Shown here: positions 50,479-58,798 of the stretch, piece after piece
How the letters are laid out: every line of letters starts with the position of its first letter
How positions within the stretch are numbered: position 1 is the stretch's first letter
Notes under the pieces: model-generated
The model's input: the letters and a program-made list of their open reading frames with translations, nothing else
Told to the model about the DNA's origin: nothing
Databases searched by the model: none
Translations under genes and position numbers: made by a program
NCBI GenBank assembly: GCA_046483985.1
Contig: JAWOCD010000085.1
Coordinates: 14,653-78,652 of the forward strand
Direction of reading: 5' to 3'
Length of the DNA: 64,000 nucleotides
Source: Promethearchaeia archaeon
Lineage (GTDB): Archaea; Asgardarchaeota; Lokiarchaeia; Sigyniarchaeales; SOKP01

Positions 50479-51078
50479 ATGGTTAGTTCCTTAATAGAGA
50501 ATTTGAACTCAAAGGTATATTTTTTCCAAGTCACTAAAGGGGGAAACCAACTTTTTACCTGGAAATCTAGATTTATTAAGAAGGCATTTTTTAATACGGG
50601 ATTCTTTAACAAGACTATTACGAATTATGATTTATTCCATCATCTAAATAAAGGAGATATTAAAATGGTCGGGATCAAGTCACGCCCTAATTTAGTTTTT
50701 ACCTTGGGCGCAGAGAGTTCTATTCAATTTCAAATTTTAGAAGCATTATTAGAATACTTGAAGGAGAAGTTCACTAAAAAATATGCAGATATAATTTCTC
50801 TTGAATTTGGGGCGAGTTCAGCGAAGCCCTTCGCTGAATTTGAAGAGGTGATTCTAAACTCACTGGAGGAATTCGAAGAATTAGACCTTATCAAAGTCAT
50901 TGATGTATACGTGGACTTTTTAAGAAAAAGACTAAAAATTGCAGTAAAGCGTTCTCTAATACAAGATGCCGAAGGAAATGTGCCCTTTGTGTTCTATTAT
51001 AAAGGAATTTCTATTCTTCTTTATCTTGATCATGAATACCATGTGAGAGGATTAGAAAAGGTAAGTTTTTCCAATTAG
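50479..51078 (+). CDS. Tandem paralog of the preceding gene lacking the metal ligands
   Basis: Shares VFTLGA..IQ..ILEALLEYL, ELDL, KRSLI and LLYLD..Y.VRG with 49749-50369. Confidence 0.72.
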   Translation: MVSSLIENLNSKVYFFQVTKGGNQLFTWKSRFIKKAFFNTGFFNKTITNYDLFHHLNKGDIKMVGIKSRPNLVFTLGAESSIQFQILEALLEYLKEKFTKKYADIISLEFGASSAKPFAEFEEVILNSLEEFEELDLIKVIDVYVDFLRKRLKIAVKRSLIQDAEGNVPFVFYYKGISILLYLDHEYHVRGLEKVSFSN

Positions 51079-51174
51079 AAAAGACATAACCTAAATGCTT
51101 TTAAATTTGAAAAATTTACTTTAATATGTTTATTTTTCAAATATCATCATCTATAACAAATAAACTACAAAGAT

Positions 51175-52038
51175 ATGACAATTTATAATATTCAAGTCAT
51201 TTCGAGCACGGGTTATCCTTACTTCAACAAAAATATTAAGGAAGAACCTGAAGACATTAAGTTATTTTTGAGATTTTTCGATTTTACGGAAAAAGCAGAA
51301 AGTTTTCCCCCCAGTTTAGATGATGATTCAAATTTTTCGTTATTGGCAGGACTTGTTTCTGCTTTATTTGAATTCGCAAAAAACATTAATAAAAACATCA
51401 ATACCTTGTCATTTAAGTCCTTACATCGTCCAAAGGGAAGACCAAAAATAGAGAAAAAATATCAAGGTGATTGTCTTATTACTACACAAACAGAAACCTA
51501 TCTTCTCCATAAAAGTATACGCCAGAAAATAAATTACATTTACAAAGCAATCGTTTCTTCTAAGATTCCGTTTGAATCTGCTGACCCGCTTACGGAAAAA
51601 GAACAAAAAACCATCGTCGATATATTAACAGATGAAAAAGCGAGAAATCATTTAAAACAAAATACCGGGAAAATAAAAGATATCGCCGAAAAATTATTGC
51701 GTGAACGGGGAGATTATGGATTAGAATCGATTGCGATAACCTCATTTGATCTTACCCCCCTTCGGGTGTATGGAAGTAAGTATTCTTCTGAAGATATTGA
51801 AAATATTTTAAGGAATATTGGTGAAATTCCGCAAATTGATCCGTTCGAGTGGAAATATCGTCAATCCTTTTTGAACAATTCTCAAGTATGGATCTATCTT
51901 ATTAATTCAGGAATCGGAGTGACGGTTGAGGAAACTCTTTTTGAACCATATTTTTATTTGCTCTTCTGTGATCCCCAATCATACTTAGGAGAATTTCCCA
52001 ATAAATTAACACGAGATTTAAATTCAATTCTCGGATAA
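51175..52038 (+). CDS. Longin-like domain protein (possibly two longin/roadblock-type domains)
   Basis: IQVISSTGYPYF...LLAGLVSALFEFAK is typical of the first longin domain of Asgard/Mon1-Fuz-like proteins; second alpha/beta domain ESIAITSFDL...YFYLLF. Confidence 0.7.
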   Translation: MTIYNIQVISSTGYPYFNKNIKEEPEDIKLFLRFFDFTEKAESFPPSLDDDSNFSLLAGLVSALFEFAKNINKNINTLSFKSLHRPKGRPKIEKKYQGDCLITTQTETYLLHKSIRQKINYIYKAIVSSKIPFESADPLTEKEQKTIVDILTDEKARNHLKQNTGKIKDIAEKLLRERGDYGLESIAITSFDLTPLRVYGSKYSSEDIENILRNIGEIPQIDPFEWKYRQSFLNNSQVWIYLINSGIGVTVEETLFEPYFYLLFCDPQSYLGEFPNKLTRDLNSILG

Positions 52039-52092
52039 GCCGATATCAGTTTTTCTCTTTATTAGGAGAGAATGTGCATTATCTTTATTTAA

Positions 52093-52668
52093 TTGGAATG
52101 CTTATTGAGTAATATGACGGAATTTAAAAAGTTAGCAAGTACGAATCATACTGGATTATTGCATCCCAGACAAACGATTTTATGCACCGTGAAACATAAG
52201 AATAAGACAAACATTATCACACTCGCTTGGACAATGATTATCAGTCGAAAACCGCCGATCATTGCCATCTCCGTTGCACCACAGCGATATTCTCATAATT
52301 TAATCAAGAATTCGAAGCAATTCACCATAAATATTCCCACAAAAGAAATAATCTCCGATATATTCTATTGTGGAAGTCACTCTGGAGACCGTGTGGATAA
52401 ATTTAAGGAAACTAATCTCACGGCGCTCGAAGGGCTCTCGGTGGATTGTCCTCGAATAAAAGAGTGTATTGCCCATCTCGAATGTAAGGTCATTGATGCG
52501 AATGAGTACGGTGATCATACCCTTTTCATAGGTAAAGTCATAACATGTACTGGGCGGAGTGATGTCTTAAAAAATGGGAAAACAGACATCTCAAAACTTG
52601 AGATCCCTTACCACCTGACTGGAAAGAGATTTACATTTAATCAAAAGAATATTTTCAGAGTAGAATAA
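52093..52668 (+). CDS. Flavin reductase / flavoredoxin family protein
   Basis: NIITLAW, PPIIAISV, FTINIP, CGSHSG..VDKF, LECKV, GDHTLFIG; start may be ATG 52114. Confidence 0.92.
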   Translation: MECLLSNMTEFKKLASTNHTGLLHPRQTILCTVKHKNKTNIITLAWTMIISRKPPIIAISVAPQRYSHNLIKNSKQFTINIPTKEIISDIFYCGSHSGDRVDKFKETNLTALEGLSVDCPRIKECIAHLECKVIDANEYGDHTLFIGKVITCTGRSDVLKNGKTDISKLEIPYHLTGKRFTFNQKNIFRVE

Positions 52669-52718
52669 CAATCAGTACGAAATTTAAAAAATAAAATAAA
52701 ATAAAATTTTTTAATTAC

Positions 52719-53519
52719 TTATTTGTAAAATTCCGAAGCCTTTTTGACAATTGGAATAAATGTTTCAGCCGAAATTGACGCTGTTCCGATCAGCCCCCCG
52801 TCTATATCTTCCAAGGGAAGTAAATCGCCGCAATTTGCTGGTTTCATAGATCCTCCATATTGGATCTGGATGTTATTTGCCTCTTCCTGACCAAACTCTT
52901 CTTTAAACCAGTTTCGCACGAGGGCGTGTGCTTCTTTCGCCTCATCGGCTGTTGCTGCTTTAATTTCCACTCCAGGATTAAGATATTCATTGTTAATTGC
53001 CCAGACTGGCTCATAGGCAATAATGATATCATTTAATTGCTCTACTGACACACCCGCTAAACATTCTTTAAGTTGAGAGGTATTAATTTCTTCTAATTTT
53101 CCCTCTTGTCGTTCTCTTGCGGATTCGCCGATACAGAGCACCACTTTTAGCCCTTTTTCCAAAGCTTTCAATACTTTTTTATTAATATATTCATTATCCT
53201 CTCCGAATATTCTTCTCCTTTCGCTGTGTCCTAAGATGACATATTCACATCCCGCTTCAAGAAGAGCATCTGGTGAAATCTCTCCCGTGAAAGCACCTTT
53301 GTCCCGAAAGTACATATTTTGGCCGGCCAGTTTTAATTTAGTATCATCTATTGCTTGTCCTACTGGATATAATGCATTAAAGGAAGGACCAATAAAGACA
53401 TCTACCCCAGATAAATCAATATCCTCTAGCTCTGAAGCAATTGCCTTAGCAATTTCTACAGAATCCTTAACCTTGGGAACTTTTAATTTCCAATTACCAC
53501 CAATAGCAAATTTTCTCAT
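52719..53519 (-). CDS. tpiA: Triosephosphate isomerase (long bacterial/eukaryotic type)
   Basis: GGNWK, GAFTGEIS, GHSERR, AYEPVWAI, YGGS. Confidence 0.95.
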   Translation of the reverse strand: MRKFAIGGNWKLKVPKVKDSVEIAKAIASELEDIDLSGVDVFIGPSFNALYPVGQAIDDTKLKLAGQNMYFRDKGAFTGEISPDALLEAGCEYVILGHSERRRIFGEDNEYINKKVLKALEKGLKVVLCIGESARERQEGKLEEINTSQLKECLAGVSVEQLNDIIIAYEPVWAINNEYLNPGVEIKAATADEAKEAHALVRNWFKEEFGQEEANNIQIQYGGSMKPANCGDLLPLEDIDGGLIGTASISAETFIPIVKKASEFYK

Positions 53520-53661
53520 TTCTAAACACTCGATTTAACCTTATTAATCTATATATTAATTCTGGATATTCTAGATAGTATTACTCTATATTTATTATTG
53601 ATATTTAGATTCAAGGAAGTTATAAGAGATAAAAATGAGAGTAACTAAATAAAGAAAAAAA

Positions 53662-54174
53662 TTATTCTTCCTCGTTCTCTTCAGGCAATTTTTCGGTCAA
53701 ATCTGTGGCTTCTAATAACTTCTGAACCTCCTCTAAATCTGGATCCATCACTTCTGGTAAACTAAATTTCTTTCTCCTCCGTTCGATTGCAGATTGTAAA
53801 GGAATGGCCAAACCAGATTCTAAAATCACTGAGGCTTGCTTCGTATAATGCTCCGGAGCTTCTCCCCGTTGGACACTTTCATTTTTAAGTAATGTAAAGA
53901 TATCTGTTAGATTCACTTTTTGTGGGCAGACCTCATCGCAAGTATCGCAAATGGTGCAGCCCCAAATGTTAAATGACTCTTTCCTTCCGAAAATTTTATC
54001 TTTCAACCCTAATAATGAGTCTAAAATTAACCGTCTTGGATTATAGCGCCCTTCCGTGACTTGCGCAACTGGGCACGCCCCGCTGCACGTGGCGCATTGA
54101 TAACAATAGGATAACGTTGATCCAATGTCTGAACCCACGATAGAATTACGGAATTTGAAATCTATAGTTGCCAT
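53662..54174 (-). CDS. hdrC: Heterodisulfide reductase subunit C-like 2x[4Fe-4S] protein
   Basis: CYQCATCSGACP, YNPRR, WGCTICDTCDEVCP. Confidence 0.88.
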   Translation of the reverse strand: MATIDFKFRNSIVGSDIGSTLSYCYQCATCSGACPVAQVTEGRYNPRRLILDSLLGLKDKIFGRKESFNIWGCTICDTCDEVCPQKVNLTDIFTLLKNESVQRGEAPEHYTKQASVILESGLAIPLQSAIERRRKKFSLPEVMDPDLEEVQKLLEATDLTEKLPEENEEE

Positions 54175-54308
54175 TTATTATATCAATTTATAATGTAAAT
54201 TTTAGTATACTTTAATTAAAAATTTATCATATTAAAAATCTATTTTTTTAAAAAACACTTCCTAAGAAGCTAAAATTTATTTAATATTTGCGAAATTTAT
54301 ATATAAGG

Positions 54309-54506
54309 ATGCTGGATGTGGAGATTTCAAAGTTAAAGAAATTCATAAAATCCCGCCAAGATGAATTACAAATCCCCGGAATCGGTTTAGGCATAATTAA
54401 AAATAAAGAAATCGTGTTCAGCGGAGGATTTGGGTTTCGGAATATGAGATTCCATTTGATCCACACCTCTATTTCCTGTAAAATCCTGAATCATATCTCT
54501 ACTTAA
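54309..54506 (+). pseudogene. N-terminal fragment of a serine hydrolase (class C beta-lactamase-like)
   Basis: LQIPGIGLGIIKNKEIVFSGGFGFRN matches the family N-terminus; ORF ends before the SxxK motif. Confidence 0.6.
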
Positions 54507-54841
54507 TATTCATATTATAAAAACTGAAGGAAAAGAACAATTGATTTTATAAATTGAGAAGCATATAATCAATAATTATAGATTTTTTTCTCGTCACTCA
54601 TTCTTTCTAAAATTTCTAATATAAAAACATTCAATGAATTCCCTTTCAATTCTTTAATTTGAGTCAGAAACAACACCACTACTTTAAAGAATTTCTAATC
54701 CTTATTGTTCTGAAGAGCAGTTCATAACTTTTATAATAAAGCTTTAAACAATATAAAGGATTAAATAATTTTAAATATATAAATCAAGAAAATAATTGTG
54801 AGAGATTTAAAGATCTGAAAAAATTATTATCAAGTAATGAG

Positions 54842-55207
54842 TTGAAATCTAAAATGCATATTAGTGAATTAGAAGAAGTAAACGTTGAAGCCCCCCCTGA
54901 GGCTGAAGAAGGAATCTATGTAGTGGATATATATACCAATTGGTGCGGACCTTGTAAATTCGTTAGTCCACTGTTAATGAAACTCCGCGATGAGGGTCTT
55001 ATCTCCTTGACAAAAGTGGATTTAGACCAAAATAGACCGCTTGGAGAAAAGTTTGGAGTAACTGCTATACCAACTCTTCTGTTCTTCAAAAATGGAGAAC
55101 TCATCGATAAAACGATTTCAGTAGACGGAAGGGACTTTATCCAAAATGGAAAAATGGTGGGTGCGGCACCAGAGGACGTATTAAGAAAGATAATTGATAA
55201 AATTTAA
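54842..55207 (+). CDS. trxA: Thioredoxin
   Basis: WCGPC, KVDLD, AIPTLLFFKNG; start may be ATG 54854. Confidence 0.9.
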   Translation: MKSKMHISELEEVNVEAPPEAEEGIYVVDIYTNWCGPCKFVSPLLMKLRDEGLISLTKVDLDQNRPLGEKFGVTAIPTLLFFKNGELIDKTISVDGRDFIQNGKMVGAAPEDVLRKIIDKI

Positions 55208-55349
55208 ACTTTTATACAGTTCAATATTGTTTTTTGTTTCTTTTTCTTTTTAATAGAAAATATTTTCTATTGTATGTTAGATATTAAAAATTTTAAAATG
55301 AATGCTATTTTTACATTTATAATTTAACTACTCTTAGGTTTAAAGGAAA

Positions 55350-55856
55350 ATGTCAAATTACTCGAGAAAGGACTTACTTGACGCTGATGCTACAATGAAT
55401 CAGCTTAGAAATATGGTGACCCACCTTCAGAGATTTATGAAAAAAAGCGGGGTTGAAAATATAATTGAACGCTATAGAAGGATGGGGAAACAGATGGCTG
55501 ACACCTATATTAACTATTGGAAGCCCATTGATAGCGTAAAACTTGCAAACATTCGAGATGTAATCGCTACGATTTATAAAAAAATTGTAGGCAGCCAGAT
55601 TAATATTTCGATCAATGAAAAAGAGCATTTGATCACTGTAGTTGACTCAAATTGCTCTTTATGTAAATACCAATTTGATGATATAAACGTTGCTGGTTGC
55701 GAGATCATCTTGGCTTTAGTCAGCGAGATGATTAACTTAATTAACAAAAATTCTCCCGATTCTTCAAGACTACGTTTAGAACCTTTCGCGGTAAAAGAAT
55801 CACGAACATTTGGAGATGATTCCTGTGTTCAAATATATAAATATAAAATTGAATAA
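55350..55856 (+). CDS. V4R / Bet3(TRAPPC3)-fold protein
   Basis: RRMGKQMA helix, CSLC...GCEII...ESRTFGDDSC pattern of V4R/Bet3-fold proteins. Confidence 0.7.
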   Translation: MSNYSRKDLLDADATMNQLRNMVTHLQRFMKKSGVENIIERYRRMGKQMADTYINYWKPIDSVKLANIRDVIATIYKKIVGSQINISINEKEHLITVVDSNCSLCKYQFDDINVAGCEIILALVSEMINLINKNSPDSSRLRLEPFAVKESRTFGDDSCVQIYKYKIE

Positions 55857-57317
55857 TTGAGATTAGGTGAATATAATTTGGGACTATTTCAATGGTTATT
55901 AAAAAAAGTGACGAAAGCATTTGGGAGAGATACGGACGCATTATTTTATACCTTACTATATAGAGAGATTCTCAAGGAAATTCAAGAAATCACTCAAGAC
56001 GAAGAGAAATCATTAATTGTAATGCGGGAGTTGGGGAAAAATGCGGCTTATGATTCATGTGATAGGCATTCGAGTATTTTTCGGATCATGCCAGGAAAGC
56101 CGGATAAAGTTTTAGACTACTTTGGTATCCTTTGGAGTGTTGTATTTGGGATGGATTTTGCAGAGCATAATTATGAACGCATCCCCAATGACGGACATGT
56201 CTATGATGATTACGTGCTTAATATTCAGAAAAATCCGATTTGTGCGAGCTATAGTAATGATAAAGAAGACACATTTGATTTTAAGAGGGTCCCCGATGAT
56301 CAAGATGGATGTAGTGCGGGTTTATGCGGAATGCTGGAGACCGTTGCTAATTTTATCTTGAAAGTAAAGAAAGCAGAATACCGGATCGGTATGCAAGAAA
56401 CCAAATGCCTGGCAAAAGGCGATGACGTGTTGCAGCTTTATTGTAAAATTTATAATCTTGAGGAATGGAAGCAATACATCGAAAAAGAAGGACAAAAAGA
56501 TATCTTCTCCGAGGATTTTCTTGAGCAAGGCGAACCAGATTTACTTGATAAAGTTCAAGATCTCTTTTCATTGGATAAAATGGAGCAAATTCTGGAAGAG
56601 CCCTTGGAGAATGTCAAAGATAAGGTGGCAGATCTTATCCGAGAGAAGTTAAATATGGGACCTAGGCACTTCTTTGATTATTTCAGAAACTACGAAGATG
56701 ACATGATTCGCATTGTTGGGTTTTTGTTTGTTCATTTACTGAATGAATACGGGGGATTTGTAGAAAAGTTTCTGAAGAACGATGTCCTGGCGCGATTAGC
56801 TGGATATTTATTCAAGCATATGAAGGAAATGACTCTTCTATTTATTCCGTTAGATGTTGTCCACGATTACCATGAATTATTTGTTAGTTTTCTCAAAGGA
56901 TTGGCTCCAGAAGAGATGATTCAAAGAATTGAGAGCTTTTCCGCACAAGAAGATATTAATCTATTATTTGAAGGCGCACAGATCGCCCTCGAAGATTTGG
57001 GAATAGACTTTTCAGAATTGAAAGATAATATTTGGGAAGAATTGAAGGAGGACCGTGAAGATGAATTGATCTCTTCGGATCAATCTGTTATTGATAAATC
57101 CCGTGAAAGATTTCCGAAAATTGTTAATATTCTTCAAGAAATCGTGATGTTGATTAGTGAAATCTTAACGCTTCCCGTGCGAACTCTAATATCTGGAAGC
57201 CATCATTCAGTTAAATCGGCGGTTAATTCTGTAGTATCCGAAGAGGAGGGATTATACGGACAAATTAGAGATCGAGCGGATAATATCTTTGACGAAGTGG
57301 AAGAACTTCAGGATTAA
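55857..57317 (+). CDS. Bet3(TRAPPC3)/V4R-fold domain fused to an acidic all-helical domain
   Basis: FYTLLY...ELGKNAA, DDYVLNIQKNPI, SAGLCGMLE, ETKCLAKGDD; about 280 aa helical C-terminal half. Confidence 0.72.
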   Translation: MRLGEYNLGLFQWLLKKVTKAFGRDTDALFYTLLYREILKEIQEITQDEEKSLIVMRELGKNAAYDSCDRHSSIFRIMPGKPDKVLDYFGILWSVVFGMDFAEHNYERIPNDGHVYDDYVLNIQKNPICASYSNDKEDTFDFKRVPDDQDGCSAGLCGMLETVANFILKVKKAEYRIGMQETKCLAKGDDVLQLYCKIYNLEEWKQYIEKEGQKDIFSEDFLEQGEPDLLDKVQDLFSLDKMEQILEEPLENVKDKVADLIREKLNMGPRHFFDYFRNYEDDMIRIVGFLFVHLLNEYGGFVEKFLKNDVLARLAGYLFKHMKEMTLLFIPLDVVHDYHELFVSFLKGLAPEEMIQRIESFSAQEDINLLFEGAQIALEDLGIDFSELKDNIWEELKEDREDELISSDQSVIDKSRERFPKIVNILQEIVMLISEILTLPVRTLISGSHHSVKSAVNSVVSEEEGLYGQIRDRADNIFDEVEELQD

Positions 57318-57428
57318 GCTAAGAACTGATACTTAACAGGTACAATTAGTTTTTTGAAGTATGATATTTAAATATAAATATCCTTTTTTCTTAACAATTT
57401 CACTCAGCTCAGTTTTGTTTTTTTTATT

Positions 57429-57875
57429 TTACAAAGCTTTTCGCCAGATTACCATCTGCGCATCGTTAACTTTTGCTTTTCTTGGTCCCTTTTTCTCGTA
57501 TTGACATGTTTCAAATACATTCTCATAGTCCTCTCTTACTTGCGCCAAGATTTTCTCTAATTTTAATCCCCGAGCATACCATTCAATAAAATTAAGTATA
57601 CTGGGACCGATTCTCTTAATTTCTGATTCTTTTTTTATGGCCATATATTCAATTCTTCCTTCAGTTTCATTTAGCTTTTTTAATCTTGCAGCACCTTCGA
57701 TTTCTGAATCTATAAGACCCACAAAAAAATATAAATTATTTTTCTCTTCATCTATTATTTTCCGAACAGTATTTTTATCTTTTCCGTATGGCTTAAAGAG
57801 AATTTTCCATTGGAGGTCAAGCATTTCTTCATATTCATGCTCCTTGACTTGTCTAATAATTAGCGAGTTTTCCAT
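57429..57875 (-). CDS. GNAT family acetyltransferase-like protein
   Basis: IEGAARL...GRIEYMAI...KRIGPSIL; degenerate acetyl-CoA motif A. Confidence 0.75.
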   Translation of the reverse strand: MENSLIIRQVKEHEYEEMLDLQWKILFKPYGKDKNTVRKIIDEEKNNLYFFVGLIDSEIEGAARLKKLNETEGRIEYMAIKKESEIKRIGPSILNFIEWYARGLKLEKILAQVREDYENVFETCQYEKKGPRKAKVNDAQMVIWRKAL

Positions 57876-57878
57876 ATG

Positions 57879-58727
57879 TTAAAGTCCTCCTTGTTGCTTT
57901 AATTGCTCGATTTTATTACTGTACTCTGATACTTTTTTATGGTCTTGTAATTCATATGCTAAATCAACCATTGCATAAAAAAGGTTGATTGCCTCTGTGA
58001 TCTCGTCATTCTTAATTAGCTCATTAACCTCTTGTTCTAATCCTTTTAATTTACTCCTTAGTTTGGTTTGCTGTTTTTTTACTTTTTTCTCAATTGTCTG
58101 GAGATCAGCATTGAATTTATTTATCAGGACAGTTTCCACTTCTTGGACCAATTTATAAATTTCTAAGGGATTATCTTTGTCCCATTTTTCATAATGAGGG
58201 ATTTTCCTGAGAAAATTCTCCTTTGATTCATACATTTGAAGTATCTCTTCTGGTAAAATAAATTCGGGTTTTTCTGGATAATTTTGAAAATCAATCTGGA
58301 TTTCAAAATGCTTATCGAGGGTAACCGAAAGGTAGATGGTTGCTTTTGTTATCGAGTCTTTAAATTCGGTCTGAAAGTGGTACATTAACTCTTTTGCCTC
58401 TTCTGCAATTAGAATCTCCTTATCTATCTCAGAGGGAATCTCGATTTTTTTGTCCTCCAATTCTTGAGTTTCTTCAATCTCTTTTTGAGATTTTTTTTTC
58501 TCGATTTGGACGGTTCGTTGCTCTTTATATTCCGTAATCTTTTTTAAAATCGAACGGAGATTGTTTTCAAGTGAGTTCTTCTTTTGTTTGAATTCCGAAA
58601 GAGGAATCTCACCGCTTGAGAGCTTTTGTTTGAGGTTTTGAAGTTTTTTAACTAATTTTTTCGTTTCGGCTTTTAATTTGCCGATTTCCTCACTAATTGA
58701 TTTTTCTTGGCTCATTTTATTCTTCAA
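57879..58727 (-). CDS. Coiled-coil protein with central UBC-fold (UEV/RWD-like) domain
   Basis: IQIDFQNYPEKPEF and IPHYEKWDKDNPLEIYKLVQEV; no Cys in the protein; N-terminal SGEIPLSEF hairpin; C-terminal TPR/MIT-like helices. Confidence 0.65.
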   Translation of the reverse strand: MKNKMSQEKSISEEIGKLKAETKKLVKKLQNLKQKLSSGEIPLSEFKQKKNSLENNLRSILKKITEYKEQRTVQIEKKKSQKEIEETQELEDKKIEIPSEIDKEILIAEEAKELMYHFQTEFKDSITKATIYLSVTLDKHFEIQIDFQNYPEKPEFILPEEILQMYESKENFLRKIPHYEKWDKDNPLEIYKLVQEVETVLINKFNADLQTIEKKVKKQQTKLRSKLKGLEQEVNELIKNDEITEAINLFYAMVDLAYELQDHKKVSEYSNKIEQLKQQGGL

Positions 58728-58798
58728 AATACTAATTATAAAATATATGATTTCCTATTTTATATTAATAATTAATTCTACAAAAAAATTAATCTAGT

